DNA of 64,000 nucleotides from Vulcanimicrobiales bacterium (GCA_038231455.1 JBBRLI010000013.1:27147-91146); one strand, 5' to 3'; numbered from the stretch's first letter, positions 45,652 through 55,252 are shown. Program-made: numbers and translations. Notes: generated by a model from the letters alone, not told the origin.

Positions 45652-47003
45652 GTCGTCTCTTTGGTACCGATGGCGTGCGCGGCGTAGCCAACGCCGATCT
45701 GCAGCCCGAACTCGCATTCGCCTTAGGGCGCGCGGCCGCAGCGGCGTTTAACCGCACCGTCGCACCCGAACATCCCGTCGTCGTCGGTCGCGATACGCGA
45801 CTCTCGGGCTCGATGCTCGAAGCGGCGATCGTCGCGGGCATCACCTCGACCGGACGCAACGTCGTGCAAGTGGGCGTCGTACCGACGCCGGCGGTTGCGG
45901 CAATTACGCGTTTGATCGAAGCCGCTGCCGGCGTCATGATTAGCGCTTCGCATAATCCGATCGAAGATAACGGGATCAAGTTCTTCGGCGGCGACGGCTT
46001 CAAACTCAGCGATGCGGCAGAAGATGCCATCGAAGCGCTCGTGCACGATCCGGCAATCGCACGCCCGACGCATCACGACGTTGGAGTGGCAACGCACGCG
46101 CGCGGTTTGATCGACCGCTATTTCGCACAGCTGCTCACGGCTGGTGCCGATCTGAGCGGAATGACGATCGTCGTCGATGCCGCATATGGCGCGGCCTGGG
46201 ACGTCGGTCCGCGCATCCTGCGGAAGCTCGGTGCAGACGTTATCGCGATCAATGCCGCTGATGACGGCGCGCGTATCAACGTGAATTGCGGCGCGACGAA
46301 TCTTGCTATGCTGCAGCAAACGGTAAAACAAACAACAGCAGAACGCGGCGGACCGGTCGTCGGGGTGGCCTTCGACGGCGACGCCGATCGCGCACTTTTT
46401 GTCGATGAAACGGGCGCGATTCTCAGCGGCGATCACATCATGCTCATCGTCGGTCGCGAATTGAAACGCCGGGGCGCGCTCGCAGGCAACGTTGTTGTCG
46501 GTACCGTCATGAGTAACGTCGGCCTCGAACGCGCTTTCGCGCACGAAGGCATCCGCCTTTTGCGCGCCGCCGTCGGTGACCGGTACGTCATTGAAATGAT
46601 GCGCGAAGGCGGCTATGTCTTCGGCGGCGAGCAGTCGGGACATATCATCGATCTTGCGCTCAATACCACGGGCGATGGGCCGATGAGTGCCGTCGCGCTC
46701 TTTTCGATTGTTGCGCGTTCGGGCAAGTCACTCCACGAACTCGGCGCCGCACTCACCGTCTATCCGCAAATTTTGCTTAACGTGCGCGTTACAAATCGGG
46801 CCGTACTCAGCACCGATCCGCAGATAAGCGCGGCGATCGCAGCTGCTGAAGCCGAACTCGGCAGCGAAGGCCGCATCCTCGTTCGTCCATCGGGGACCGA
46901 GCCATTGATCCGCGTGATGATCGAGGGAAGCGATTCCCAATCGATCCAACGCCTTGCCGAACAGGTCGCCGGAACGATTCGCGACGCCGACGGGTGGCCG
47001 TAA
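45648..47003 (+). CDS. glmM: Phosphoglucosamine mutase
   Basis: LFGTDGVRG, ISASHNP, DGDADR, GGEQSGH, RPSGTEP. Confidence 0.95.
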   Translation: MSRLFGTDGVRGVANADLQPELAFALGRAAAAAFNRTVAPEHPVVVGRDTRLSGSMLEAAIVAGITSTGRNVVQVGVVPTPAVAAITRLIEAAAGVMISASHNPIEDNGIKFFGGDGFKLSDAAEDAIEALVHDPAIARPTHHDVGVATHARGLIDRYFAQLLTAGADLSGMTIVVDAAYGAAWDVGPRILRKLGADVIAINAADDGARINVNCGATNLAMLQQTVKQTTAERGGPVVGVAFDGDADRALFVDETGAILSGDHIMLIVGRELKRRGALAGNVVVGTVMSNVGLERAFAHEGIRLLRAAVGDRYVIEMMREGGYVFGGEQSGHIIDLALNTTGDGPMSAVALFSIVARSGKSLHELGAALTVYPQILLNVRVTNRAVLSTDPQISAAIAAAEAELGSEGRILVRPSGTEPLIRVMIEGSDSQSIQRLAEQVAGTIRDADGWP

Positions 47004-47107
47004 CTGGGACCTAAGACCCAGTTTCAGATCGAGATAGAGGGTCCGGTTACTTTCTGGTCGCAAACCACTCGCAAGGGACGCGGTGACCACGCGTACCCAT
47101 AACTGCC

Positions 47108-47240
47108 GTGATCACTGAGTCCGAGGATCGCATCTCGGAACGGGGGACTCTCAGGTGGGGTGAATGTGCCGGTCGGCACTAGGGCGATTCTTTCCGTCCG
47201 AACCCGTCAACTAACCCCGTAAGTGTTGGAAAGAAGGAGC
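47108..47240 (+). ncRNA. c-di-AMP (ydaO/yuaA) riboswitch
   Basis: Conserved blocks ctgagtcc, ggaacggggga, ggggtgaat, tagggc, ccgaacccgtcaactaaccccgtaag; pseudoknot pair ttctttcc/ggaaagaa. Confidence 0.88.
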
Positions 47241-47245
47241 AGCTT

Positions 47246-48037
47246 TTGCCTCGTTTATCCCACACTGGGATTTTTGCGTTCGCTTTGACGATCGCCACCT
47301 TCGGCATATGCGAAGCGAAAACGCACGTTGTAACCCCCGGCGAGACGCTGAACTCGATCGCCCAGACCGGGCGCCTCTCACCCGAAACGATCTCAGCTCT
47401 CAACCAGCTCGAGAGCGCCGCGGACCTCCGTCCGGGCCAAGTAATCGCCCTCGATCGCGAATCGACCGAAAACCTACCCGTTCCGAAGGCCGCGATCGAA
47501 GCCGCAAAAGCGCGACTCGCCGCTGCCGATGTCGCGGCCCAGCCCCGCGCCGGTGCAGATCTCGCGATGTGGGACGGACAAGCGGAGCCCGCGAAACCCG
47601 CCGCCGTTAAGACGGCTGCCTCGAGCCCGCTCCACCGCTTCGCGGCGCACATCGCCGCCCGCACGACGGCGATTGCCTCGAGCCTCACGCGCAACGCTCT
47701 GCGCTTCATCGGCGTCCCGTACGTTTTCGGCGGTACGTCGGCGAACGGATTCGACTGCTCGGGATACGTCCAGCACGTTTTCGCGATGCTCGGGCACCAT
47801 CTCCCGCGAACGGCCGACGCGCAATATGCCGCAGGCCGACCGATCGATGGTACGATGATTGCCGGCGATCTGGTGTTCTTCCAAACGTACGAACGCGGAC
47901 CGTCGCACGTGGGAATCTATCTCGGCGATGGAAAGTTCGTACATGCAAGTTCCAGCCACGGCGTTACGGTCTCCGCGTTAAGTGAGGGATACTGGCGCTC
48001 TCGCTACCTCGGCGCGAAACGAGTCGCAGCCCAGTAA
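47246..48037 (+). CDS. LysM + NlpC/P60 peptidoglycan endopeptidase
   Basis: Signal peptide, HVVTPGETLNSIA LysM, GVPYVFGG, GFDCSG, SHVGIY, HASSS. Confidence 0.9.
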   Translation: MPRLSHTGIFAFALTIATFGICEAKTHVVTPGETLNSIAQTGRLSPETISALNQLESAADLRPGQVIALDRESTENLPVPKAAIEAAKARLAAADVAAQPRAGADLAMWDGQAEPAKPAAVKTAASSPLHRFAAHIAARTTAIASSLTRNALRFIGVPYVFGGTSANGFDCSGYVQHVFAMLGHHLPRTADAQYAAGRPIDGTMIAGDLVFFQTYERGPSHVGIYLGDGKFVHASSSHGVTVSALSEGYWRSRYLGAKRVAAQ

Positions 48038-48410
48038 CGACGATCACGGTCGCGCGGCGCTCGGCTACCTTGTGTGGCCGATCGCGCTCCTCGATCTGCT
48101 CCGCAGCGACGGCGAGTCGTTTTGGTCCCGCTTGCATGCCCGACAAGCCGCAATTCTCGGTGTTTTCGGAACGCTCGTGTTTCTCGCTGCACTCGCGCTG
48201 CCGCTGATTCTCATCGTCGCGTGGACCGGCATCGGTACCCGCGCGACGATCCTGCTCTACAGCATCGGGATCGCGGTGGACTTGGTCGTCGGGGTGAGTC
48301 TCGTGATCGTTTCCATCGTGTATGCGGCGCGCGCAAGCAAAGGGGAACTCTTCGCAATTCCCGTCGTCACACGACTGTGCGACCGGTTTTTTCCGATCGT
48401 GCGAACGTAA
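47982..48410 (+). CDS. DUF4870-like small membrane protein
   Basis: AALGYL, RLHARQA, three TM segments, GELFAIP; start uncertain. Confidence 0.6.
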   Translation: MRDTGALATSARNESQPSNDDHGRAALGYLVWPIALLDLLRSDGESFWSRLHARQAAILGVFGTLVFLAALALPLILIVAWTGIGTRATILLYSIGIAVDLVVGVSLVIVSIVYAARASKGELFAIPVVTRLCDRFFPIVRT

Positions 48411-48463
48411 CGGTGTAGGAACGCGGTTCTTCGGCGCGAAGCCGAAGTGTCGCGCCGTCGCGA

Positions 48464-48536
48464 TGGGGTATCGCCAAGTTGGTAAGGCACCAGGTTTTGA
48501 TCCTGGCATGCGTTGGTTCGAGTCCAGCTACCCCAG
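48464..48536 (+). tRNA. tRNA-Gln (TTG)
   Basis: tggggta/tacccca acceptor stem, ccagg-ttTTGat-cctgg anticodon arm, GGTTCGAGTCC T-arm; CCA not encoded. Confidence 0.95.
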
Positions 48537-48538
48537 AT

Positions 48539-48652
48539 GTATTCCCCGCAGCGATCGGGGTGAGGCGCGATAACCGGTGGCGGGGAATACGTTTTCCCAC
48601 CACCGTGGAGGTTGGGCACGGCGGTCCTGTGTGGGCAATACATGTATTCCCC
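48539..48652. repeat. Tandem ~52-53 nt hairpin units (two full, one truncated) in the tRNA trailer
   Basis: Units start at 48539, 48591 and 48644 with GT(A/T)TTCCC; the full units end in GGG(G/C)AATAC. Confidence 0.6.
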
Positions 48653-48658
48653 AAAGGT

Positions 48659-48692
48659 AAAGAGACCGGCCGTTAAGGCCGGTCTCTTTTTT
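48659..48692 (+). terminator. Intrinsic terminator, probably bidirectional
   Basis: aaagagaccggcc-gttaa-ggccggtctc followed by T6. Confidence 0.85.
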
Positions 48693-48709
48693 GTTTGAGT
48701 CGATTGCGG

Positions 48710-48868
48710 CTAGATTTTTGCGCCGCGGCCGGTTAACAAGTTGAAGACTAACAGGATGACGGCGACTACGAGTAAGAGGTGGATGAGTCCCCCGCCGATG
48801 TGGATTGCGAATCCCAGCAGCCACAGGACGAAGAGCACGACGATGATTCCCCAAATAAGTCCGGCCAT
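48710..48868 (-). CDS. Lmo0937-family (DUF5670) small membrane protein, 52 aa, absent from the ORF track
   Basis: MAGLIWGIIVVLFVLWLLGFAIHIGGGLIHLLLVVAVILLVFNLLTGRGAKI; GGAGG RBS. Confidence 0.85.
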   Translation of the reverse strand: MAGLIWGIIVVLFVLWLLGFAIHIGGGLIHLLLVVAVILLVFNLLTGRGAKI

Positions 48869-48920
48869 GATAGTCCTCCATAACTCCGTCCGCAGTGGCG
48901 GAAGCGGTAACGACGCTCCC

Positions 48921-48947
48921 TTGCCCAGCGAGCCAGGAACGCAAACC
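48921..48947 (-). promoter_or_regulatory. SigB/SigF-like promoter GGTTT-N16-GGGCAA
   Basis: Upstream of the lmo0937-family gene. Confidence 0.5.
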
Positions 48948-49017
48948 CGTGAGTTTTAGATTTCCATGAAGTATGATTCTCATAGCATGATTTTGGGTAA
49001 GCGGTTGGTTCCTTTGA

Positions 49018-51924
49018 ATCGGCGAGGCACGCGTTAAGAATCCACTCGTTCCAGCGCGCGATCTCGCGGCGCATGCCCCGAGCCTGCTTTTTACCGCTCG
49101 TCCCGACGGTCAAGTCGACTTCGTCAACGAACGCTGGGCAGCGCTTGTCGGTGTTCCGGCCGATGCGTTGCTGGAGCGCGGATGGGCCGACTTCGTGCAT
49201 CCGGACGACGCCGAGCTGGTCTCCGAAACGTGGGCGGATCGTCTGCGGACGGGCGAGCCGATGCTGCTGCAGTGGCGCCTGCGTCGACACGACGGTTCGT
49301 ACCGATGGATCGAAATGCGTACCGAGTGCGAGCGCGACGGCGATGGCGCGATCGTGCGCTGGTACGGTGCGGGGATCGACGTCGATGCACAGCGCCGAGC
49401 GATGGACGGCTTAGCGTTTCTGGCGCAGAGCGGTCCGGCATTAACCTCCGACGATGATGTCGATGTTATGCTGACGCGCCTCGCTCAAGCAGCGCTCCTC
49501 GGCCTTTCGGATATTACGTTTTTCGATCTACGCGAAGATGGCGTCTACCGTCGGCTTATCGTGGCATCGCCCGATATTCTGCCAGAAGCCTTTGCAGCGC
49601 TGAGCGCATTTAACACCTCGGGAATGGGCGACCGTCATCCCATTGCCGAGGCCATGGCGCGCACCACGTCGGCGCTCGTGCCGCTCGTCGACGAGCAGTA
49701 TATTCGAACGAATATTGAAGACGCGGACCGCGCGGCGGCCTGGCGAGTCGTCGGCGTTCGGTCGATCGTCGCCGCGCCGCTGAAAGCACCGATGGGTGTG
49801 GTCGGCGCGCTAACGATGTTACGCACGACCAACAACACGCCGTTCGATCGTGCCGACGTGCAAGTCATCGAGGAGATCGCACTACGCGCCGCGCTTGCGA
49901 TTGAAAATGCGCGACTCAACGCATCGGCGCTGATCGAAGCGGCCCGGCGCGAACAGCAGTTCCATCTGATTGCCGACTCGATCCCGCAGTTGATGTGGAC
50001 CGCCTCAGACACGGGCGCGTGCGATTGGTTTAACGGCAAATGGTTTACGTATACGGGTCAAGCACTCAGCGATCCACTCGGAGATGGCTGGCGCCAAGTC
50101 CATCACGACGATGATATCGGTCCGTATCTTGCGGCTTGGCACGCGAGCGTCCGTTCCGGTTCGGACTTTGAAATTGAATCGCGAATACGCGGTGCCGACA
50201 ACGCTTTTCGTTGGTTTCTCACGCGGGCCGTCCCACTGCGCGACGCCGACGGCACCGTGGTGAAATGGTACGGGACGAGCACCGACATCGACGATTCGCG
50301 CCGGGCCGCACGCGATACGCGCGTTTTTGCCGACATCGGCAATGCGATCTCGGGTTCACTTATTGTCGAGGACGTGCTCGACAAAGTTTTGGCATCGGTC
50401 TGTCCCGCGTATGCCGATTGGGCGATCGTCACGATTGCGGACGAACAGAAGGTGCTCCGCATCGCTGCTGTGTTCCACCGTGACCCCCTCGCTGCCGAAC
50501 GGCTGCGCTCGCTTATCGGTTCGATTTACGCCGATGGGTCGCAGAATGTCGGCTCGCCCGCCGCCGTGCGCATCGGCGAACCGTTGCTTTACGAACGTGC
50601 GACCTACGACGACGCCGCTCGAGTCGTTCACCCCGATGTTTTCCCGATCGTGTGGGACATCGGCTTCCAATCGGTGCTCGTGATTCCGTTTGGAGATGAT
50701 GCAACGGCTCGCGGAACGCTGGGTCTGTGCATGTCGCCGGGCGGCCGACATTTCGACCCCCTCGATCTCCCGTTCTTTCGCGAATTCGGCCGGCGCGTCG
50801 CGCCGTCGATCGCCAGTGCCTATCTCTACGAGCGCGAACGGCGGGTTGCCGAAAGCTTCCAGCGCGGTGCGCTCCCGGCACGCCTACCGGAGGTCCTTGG
50901 TTTCGAATTCAGTGCGATCTACGAAGCGGGCCGCGCAGAAGCGCTGGTCGGCGGCGATTGGTACGATGCGTTCCAACTCATCGACGGTCGCATCGTCGTT
51001 TCCATCGGCGACGTTGCCGGATCGGGACTCGCCGCAGCGATTACGATGGCGAACGTCCGTCAAACAATTCGCGGTGTCGCGCACGTGCACGCCGACCCCG
51101 CGCTTATGCTCGAGGCGGCGGATCGTGCGCTGCGTTCGGAGACGCCCGACCGCTTTGTGACGGCATTTGTCGGCGTCATCGAACCGCTGGGCGGCACGAT
51201 GACGTACCGTTCGGCCGGCCACCCGCCGCCGATTGTGCGACGGGCGGACGGTTCGATCGAGCTCTTAGAACAGCGCGGCATGCCGCTTGGATTGTACGAG
51301 CGAGAAGAACGCGATTCGCCGGTCGTCGACCTCGACGCTGGCTCGACGCTCGTGCTCTACACCGACGGTTTGATCGAATCGACGCACGAGATCATTGAGG
51401 GGCAACGCCGCCTCGATCTCGCGGTGCAAAACGGCGCGATCATGTCGGCTGCCGACCCCGCAACTGAACTCCACGACTCGGTGCTCGTTGAAGGCTCGCG
51501 TGACGATGTCGCGATTCTTGTCGTGCGCGTCGGCCGCCGGCCGAGCGCCCTAACGTGGTCGGTCGAGGGGATCGATGCACCACTTGCCGACAAGACGCGC
51601 CGGGCGCTGGTCAGCGCGCTGCTCTCGCGCGGTTATCCCATAACGCAACTCCACGCAGCCGAGTTGATCTTCGCCGAACTTGTGGGGAATCTCGTGCGTT
51701 ACGCTCCGGGACCGGCCGAGATCACCCTCGAGTGGGTTGGTGCCCGGCCGGTGCTTCACGTCCGCGATCGCGGACCGGGCTTTGCCTTTGCGCCACGTCT
51801 GCCGCCCGACATCTACAGCGAGTCCGGCCGCGGGCTTTTCCTGATCGGGGCGATGGCCGAAGATTTCAGCGTCAGCTTGCGCCCAGGTGGAGGCAGTCAT
51901 GCGCGCGTGGTCTTGCGAACATGA
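49018..51924 (+). CDS. PAS-GAF-PAS-GAF + SpoIIE phosphatase + HATPase fusion (paralog of 21040-23325)
   Basis: PAS/PAC and GAF motifs, VGGDWYD, LYTDGL, ESGRGLF; frame is open from 49018 but the first canonical start (TTG 49168) is mid-PAS. Confidence 0.85.
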   Translation: MGEARVKNPLVPARDLAAHAPSLLFTARPDGQVDFVNERWAALVGVPADALLERGWADFVHPDDAELVSETWADRLRTGEPMLLQWRLRRHDGSYRWIEMRTECERDGDGAIVRWYGAGIDVDAQRRAMDGLAFLAQSGPALTSDDDVDVMLTRLAQAALLGLSDITFFDLREDGVYRRLIVASPDILPEAFAALSAFNTSGMGDRHPIAEAMARTTSALVPLVDEQYIRTNIEDADRAAAWRVVGVRSIVAAPLKAPMGVVGALTMLRTTNNTPFDRADVQVIEEIALRAALAIENARLNASALIEAARREQQFHLIADSIPQLMWTASDTGACDWFNGKWFTYTGQALSDPLGDGWRQVHHDDDIGPYLAAWHASVRSGSDFEIESRIRGADNAFRWFLTRAVPLRDADGTVVKWYGTSTDIDDSRRAARDTRVFADIGNAISGSLIVEDVLDKVLASVCPAYADWAIVTIADEQKVLRIAAVFHRDPLAAERLRSLIGSIYADGSQNVGSPAAVRIGEPLLYERATYDDAARVVHPDVFPIVWDIGFQSVLVIPFGDDATARGTLGLCMSPGGRHFDPLDLPFFREFGRRVAPSIASAYLYERERRVAESFQRGALPARLPEVLGFEFSAIYEAGRAEALVGGDWYDAFQLIDGRIVVSIGDVAGSGLAAAITMANVRQTIRGVAHVHADPALMLEAADRALRSETPDRFVTAFVGVIEPLGGTMTYRSAGHPPPIVRRADGSIELLEQRGMPLGLYEREERDSPVVDLDAGSTLVLYTDGLIESTHEIIEGQRRLDLAVQNGAIMSAADPATELHDSVLVEGSRDDVAILVVRVGRRPSALTWSVEGIDAPLADKTRRALVSALLSRGYPITQLHAAELIFAELVGNLVRYAPGPAEITLEWVGARPVLHVRDRGPGFAFAPRLPPDIYSESGRGLFLIGAMAEDFSVSLRPGGGSHARVVLRT

Positions 51925-52277
51925 TCCAGGTGAACGGTTTGCAGGCGAATCTCGACGCGCTCGTCGAGGCCTGGCGGCGCGGCGATGCGCTCCACGCGGG
52001 AGCCCATTTTGCGAGCGATGCGACGTACCGCGAGGCCGGGCGGGAGCCGGTCGTCGGCCGCGAAGCCATCCTGGAACACTTCACCCGATTCTTCCGTGAT
52101 GGACCTCAGTGGGAATTTATGGTAGACGAGTGCTTGATTGTGGGTAGGAGGGGTGCGGTCGTCTACCGCTTCCGCCTCAAGGGGCGCACTGGTGACTGGC
52201 TCGAACGTGCGGGATGCGCCATCGTGACGTTCGATGAAGACGGCTCTATAACACAGTGGCGCGAATACGAAGGGTAA
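51921..52277 (+). CDS. SnoaL/NTF2-like protein
   Basis: FASDATY, VVGREAI, FDEDGSITQWREY; ATGA overlap. Confidence 0.8.
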   Translation: MIQVNGLQANLDALVEAWRRGDALHAGAHFASDATYREAGREPVVGREAILEHFTRFFRDGPQWEFMVDECLIVGRRGAVVYRFRLKGRTGDWLERAGCAIVTFDEDGSITQWREYEG

Positions 52278-52282
52278 CGCTT

Positions 52283-52651
52283 ATGATGTCGCATGAAGAT
52301 CTCTCGATCCACGTCCGTTCCGAAGAGGGAATGAACGTTTTCGAGCTTACGGGTAGCCTCGATATCGCGACGTCGCCGACGGTGCGTGCGGCGCTCGTCG
52401 AAGCAAGCGAACGTGGAAACCACAAACTCGTCGTGGACCTCGCCAAAGTCGAGTTCATCGATTCGACGGGCCTTGGTGCGCTCATCGGGGCACAGCGCCG
52501 CGCCAAAGAGTTCGATGGCGACGTGCGACTGGTCGTCAAAGAAGGCCAGATCTTGCGCCTGCTGCGCATCACGGGCTTGCTGAAAGTGTTCGGCGTTTAC
52601 GCCGACGTGGCATCAGCCATCGCCGATAAAGGCCGCGTCACCGACCTGTAG
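52283..52651 (+). CDS. STAS-domain anti-sigma factor antagonist (RsbV/BldG-like)
   Basis: GSLDIATSP, VEFIDSTGLG phosphoserine motif, RITGL. Confidence 0.9.
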   Translation: MMSHEDLSIHVRSEEGMNVFELTGSLDIATSPTVRAALVEASERGNHKLVVDLAKVEFIDSTGLGALIGAQRRAKEFDGDVRLVVKEGQILRLLRITGLLKVFGVYADVASAIADKGRVTDL

Positions 52652-53946
52652 TTCGCGTACGAGCGATCGAGGAGCGTCACGATGTGCGCGACCTCGATCG
52701 CTTGACCTGCATCGCGCAGACCGTTTGTGATCTGCAGTGCGCAACCGGGATTCGCCGTTGCGACAATCTGCGGTTTGACATCGGCGATGCATTCGATTTT
52801 GCGCTTTTGCAGTCGTAAGGACATCTCGGGTTCGGTGACGTTGTAGACGCCGGCGCTGCCACAGCAGAGCGAACTCTCGGGCATCTCGCGCAGCACGAGC
52901 CCCGGAATTTGCGCGAGCAGTCGGCGCGGTGCTGCGGTTATGCGTTGGGCGTGCGCGAGATGACATGGCTCTTGGTAGGTAACGACCGCGTCGATACGAC
53001 CGAGCTCCGGCGAAATCCCGATTTCGTCGAGAAACTCCGTTACATCTCGCACGCGTTCGCTAAAGGCGCCGGCGCGCTCGGCCCACGTCGGATCTCCGGC
53101 GAAGAGGTGGCCGTACTCTTTGAGTGAGGAGCCGCAACCAGCGGCATTGATGATGTAATACTCCGCGGCGCTCTCTTCGAAGGCAGCGATGTTCACTTTG
53201 GCGAGCTCGCGACCGCGGTCCATTTCGCCCGCATGGATCGTGATCGCCCCGCAGCAGCCCTGCGCGGCAGGCGCGACGACGTCGCAGCCGGCTTTTTGCA
53301 ACACGCGCACCGTTGCCTCATCGACTTCACCAAATGCGATCTGCATCACGCAACCGGCGTGCATGAACACCGTTGCTTTGCGCGGTCCTTCGGCTTTCCA
53401 GCGCTGGCCTTTGGGGACGAAAAAACGGTCGCTCATGGTCGGCGCCATCGCTTCGAGTTTATCGAGTTTGAGCGCCCGCAAAAGTCCGCTCGAACGCGCG
53501 AACGACTGCAGTCCCGATTTTTGATAGAAGCGGATGAAGAAGCCGACGATGCGCATCAGCCAGAGGTGCGAGAAGAGCCAGCCCACCACGACCGCACGCA
53601 CGAGCTTCTGACCGATCGGGCGCGATTCGGCCGTCGCGCGGACGATTTGGGTGCGCGCCGGTTCGAGCAATTGACCGTACGCAACGCCCGAGGGGCACAC
53701 GGCCTCGCACGCTCGACAATCCAAGCATTCCGACATTTGGTGAACGAAGCCCGGACTCAACAAATCGAGATGCCCTTCGGCGACCGATTTGATCAGCGCG
53801 ATCCGGCCTCGCGGGCTCGAGGTCTCGACCAGCGTTTCGACATAGGTCGGACAGGTCGGAAGACACAGCCCGCAGCGCACGCATTGATTGAAAACGTCAT
53901 CCGGAGGAACGTCGGAGCCCGTGAAGCCGCGCGGCGAATCGATCAT
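52597..53946 (-). CDS. glcF: Glycolate oxidase iron-sulfur subunit (GlcF-like, 4Fe-4S plus CCG domains)
   Basis: CVRCGLCLPTCP, SPRGRI, CLDCRACEAVCP, CCG, PCHLAH, ANPGC. Confidence 0.85.
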   Translation of the reverse strand: MIDSPRGFTGSDVPPDDVFNQCVRCGLCLPTCPTYVETLVETSSPRGRIALIKSVAEGHLDLLSPGFVHQMSECLDCRACEAVCPSGVAYGQLLEPARTQIVRATAESRPIGQKLVRAVVVGWLFSHLWLMRIVGFFIRFYQKSGLQSFARSSGLLRALKLDKLEAMAPTMSDRFFVPKGQRWKAEGPRKATVFMHAGCVMQIAFGEVDEATVRVLQKAGCDVVAPAAQGCCGAITIHAGEMDRGRELAKVNIAAFEESAAEYYIINAAGCGSSLKEYGHLFAGDPTWAERAGAFSERVRDVTEFLDEIGISPELGRIDAVVTYQEPCHLAHAQRITAAPRRLLAQIPGLVLREMPESSLCCGSAGVYNVTEPEMSLRLQKRKIECIADVKPQIVATANPGCALQITNGLRDAGQAIEVAHIVTLLDRSYANYRSVTRPLSAMADATSA

Positions 53947-53983
53947 ACCCGCTTAGACTTCGCTTGGCGCTGGTCTTTCCCGG

Positions 53984-55252
53984 TTAATCGTGATTGGAGG
54001 CGGCGACCATCGCGACCGGCGGGATATTGCCGTCGCGATCGAACGCGAACGCATCGATGCGATCTTCGACCGAGTAGCGCTCGATGTTTTCGAGATCGGC
54101 AATCGCGCGCTCCGATGCAACGAGCGTGTCCATATGCAAGGTGTTCGCAATCCGCACGATGCGCGCTTCACGCGGATCGTCGATGCCGGCGGCGACGAGG
54201 GCATATTCGATCGCTTCACGATCGCTTGCGCACACGACCGGGAGCCGCGCGCAGGCGGGCTGTGCTGCAGTCAGGACGTTCAAATATGTCGTCGGCCAAT
54301 CGATCGAATCGGCAAGCGTTTTGGTGCAGAAGTCCGCAAGGCCGATGCCGTTGGCATTGCCATCGGAGTGCAGGCTGAGTTTGCGAACGAAGAGCTGATC
54401 GATCAGCGGGCTTGGAGATTTTTGACTTCGCCCGTCGACGGCGCGGCCGGTCACGTTGGTGTCCATGCCGGTGCCCGAGTAATTTTTGCCCATCTCATCG
54501 ACGACGAGCAGATCGAGATTTGCAAACGGTAAACGCGAGAGCAGTTCGCGCGCGTGCGCGAGTAAGCGCTCTTCCTCGCGCACGAGGGCACCTGGCGGGA
54601 TACCTTCGAGGGTATTGGTATTTCCGCGATGATCTTCGACAATCGCAAGGCCGGCAACGATCGGGAGTTTGTCGAGCTTCAGGGCGGAGACTTCACGGAT
54701 GATCGACTCATAGTCGTATTTAGCAAACGCGGCGTGATAGCGTTTCGCACCCACGGCTTTCCCAAGACCGATCGCGAGCATTTTGAGCAGCCCGCTCTCG
54801 ATCGTGCCGCTAAAATCTGTGTGCGGCTTCACGCGTCCGACAACGACGATCGCATCGGCAGCGGCCGCAGCCCGATCGGTGCATACGGCGACGCCGTGCG
54901 CCGTCGTGCCGAGTTCGATCACGTCCATCTCGGTTGAGATCGGCGCACCGACGCTCGTTTCCGTGATCCCCAGATGACCGAGAATCTCGCGTTGGCCGTC
55001 TGCTGTGCCGCCGCCGTGCGAGCCCATCGCCGCAACGATGAATGGATCGCCGCCCGCCGCGCGTACGGCGATTACGGCTCCCGCGAGAATCTCGCTGATA
55101 TTGGAGATCCCGCGGCTGCCCGCAGTGATCGCGACACGTTTTCCACGGAGTCCGCGAAGGACCGGCGCGAGCGCGGCGGTTGCCGCATGGCGTGGGTTGC
55201 TGATCGCTTCGATCCAGCGCGTGTCTCGTACGATGCGAAAATCCGAAAACAT
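53984..55252 (-). CDS. LarA-like/DUF2088 lactate-racemase-domain protein
   Basis: [46 protein letters not shown]. Confidence 0.75.
   Translation of the reverse strand: MFSDFRIVRDTRWIEAISNPRHAATAALAPVLRGLRGKRVAITAGSRGISNISEILAGAVIAVRAAGGDPFIVAAMGSHGGGTADGQREILGHLGITETSVGAPISTEMDVIELGTTAHGVAVCTDRAAAAADAIVVVGRVKPHTDFSGTIESGLLKMLAIGLGKAVGAKRYHAAFAKYDYESIIREVSALKLDKLPIVAGLAIVEDHRGNTNTLEGIPPGALVREEERLLAHARELLSRLPFANLDLLVVDEMGKNYSGTGMDTNVTGRAVDGRSQKSPSPLIDQLFVRKLSLHSDGNANGIGLADFCTKTLADSIDWPTTYLNVLTAAQPACARLPVVCASDREAIEYALVAAGIDDPREARIVRIANTLHMDTLVASERAIADLENIERYSVEDRIDAFAFDRDGNIPPVAMVAASNHD

Noticed and set aside
47055-47089. GCAAACC-actc-GCAA-GGGACGC resembles the first hairpin of a c-di-GMP-I (GEMM) riboswitch, just upstream of the c-di-AMP riboswitch
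   Set aside because: The stem lacks its 3' strand, the AAAGC junction and second hairpin are missing; at best a remnant, not callable without a covariance search
48539-48652. Calling the tRNA trailer a CRISPR array or an HDV-like (theta) ribozyme
   Set aside because: Repeats are divergent, the period is only 52-53 nt and no cas genes are present; the nested double-pseudoknot order of HDV ribozymes could not be built
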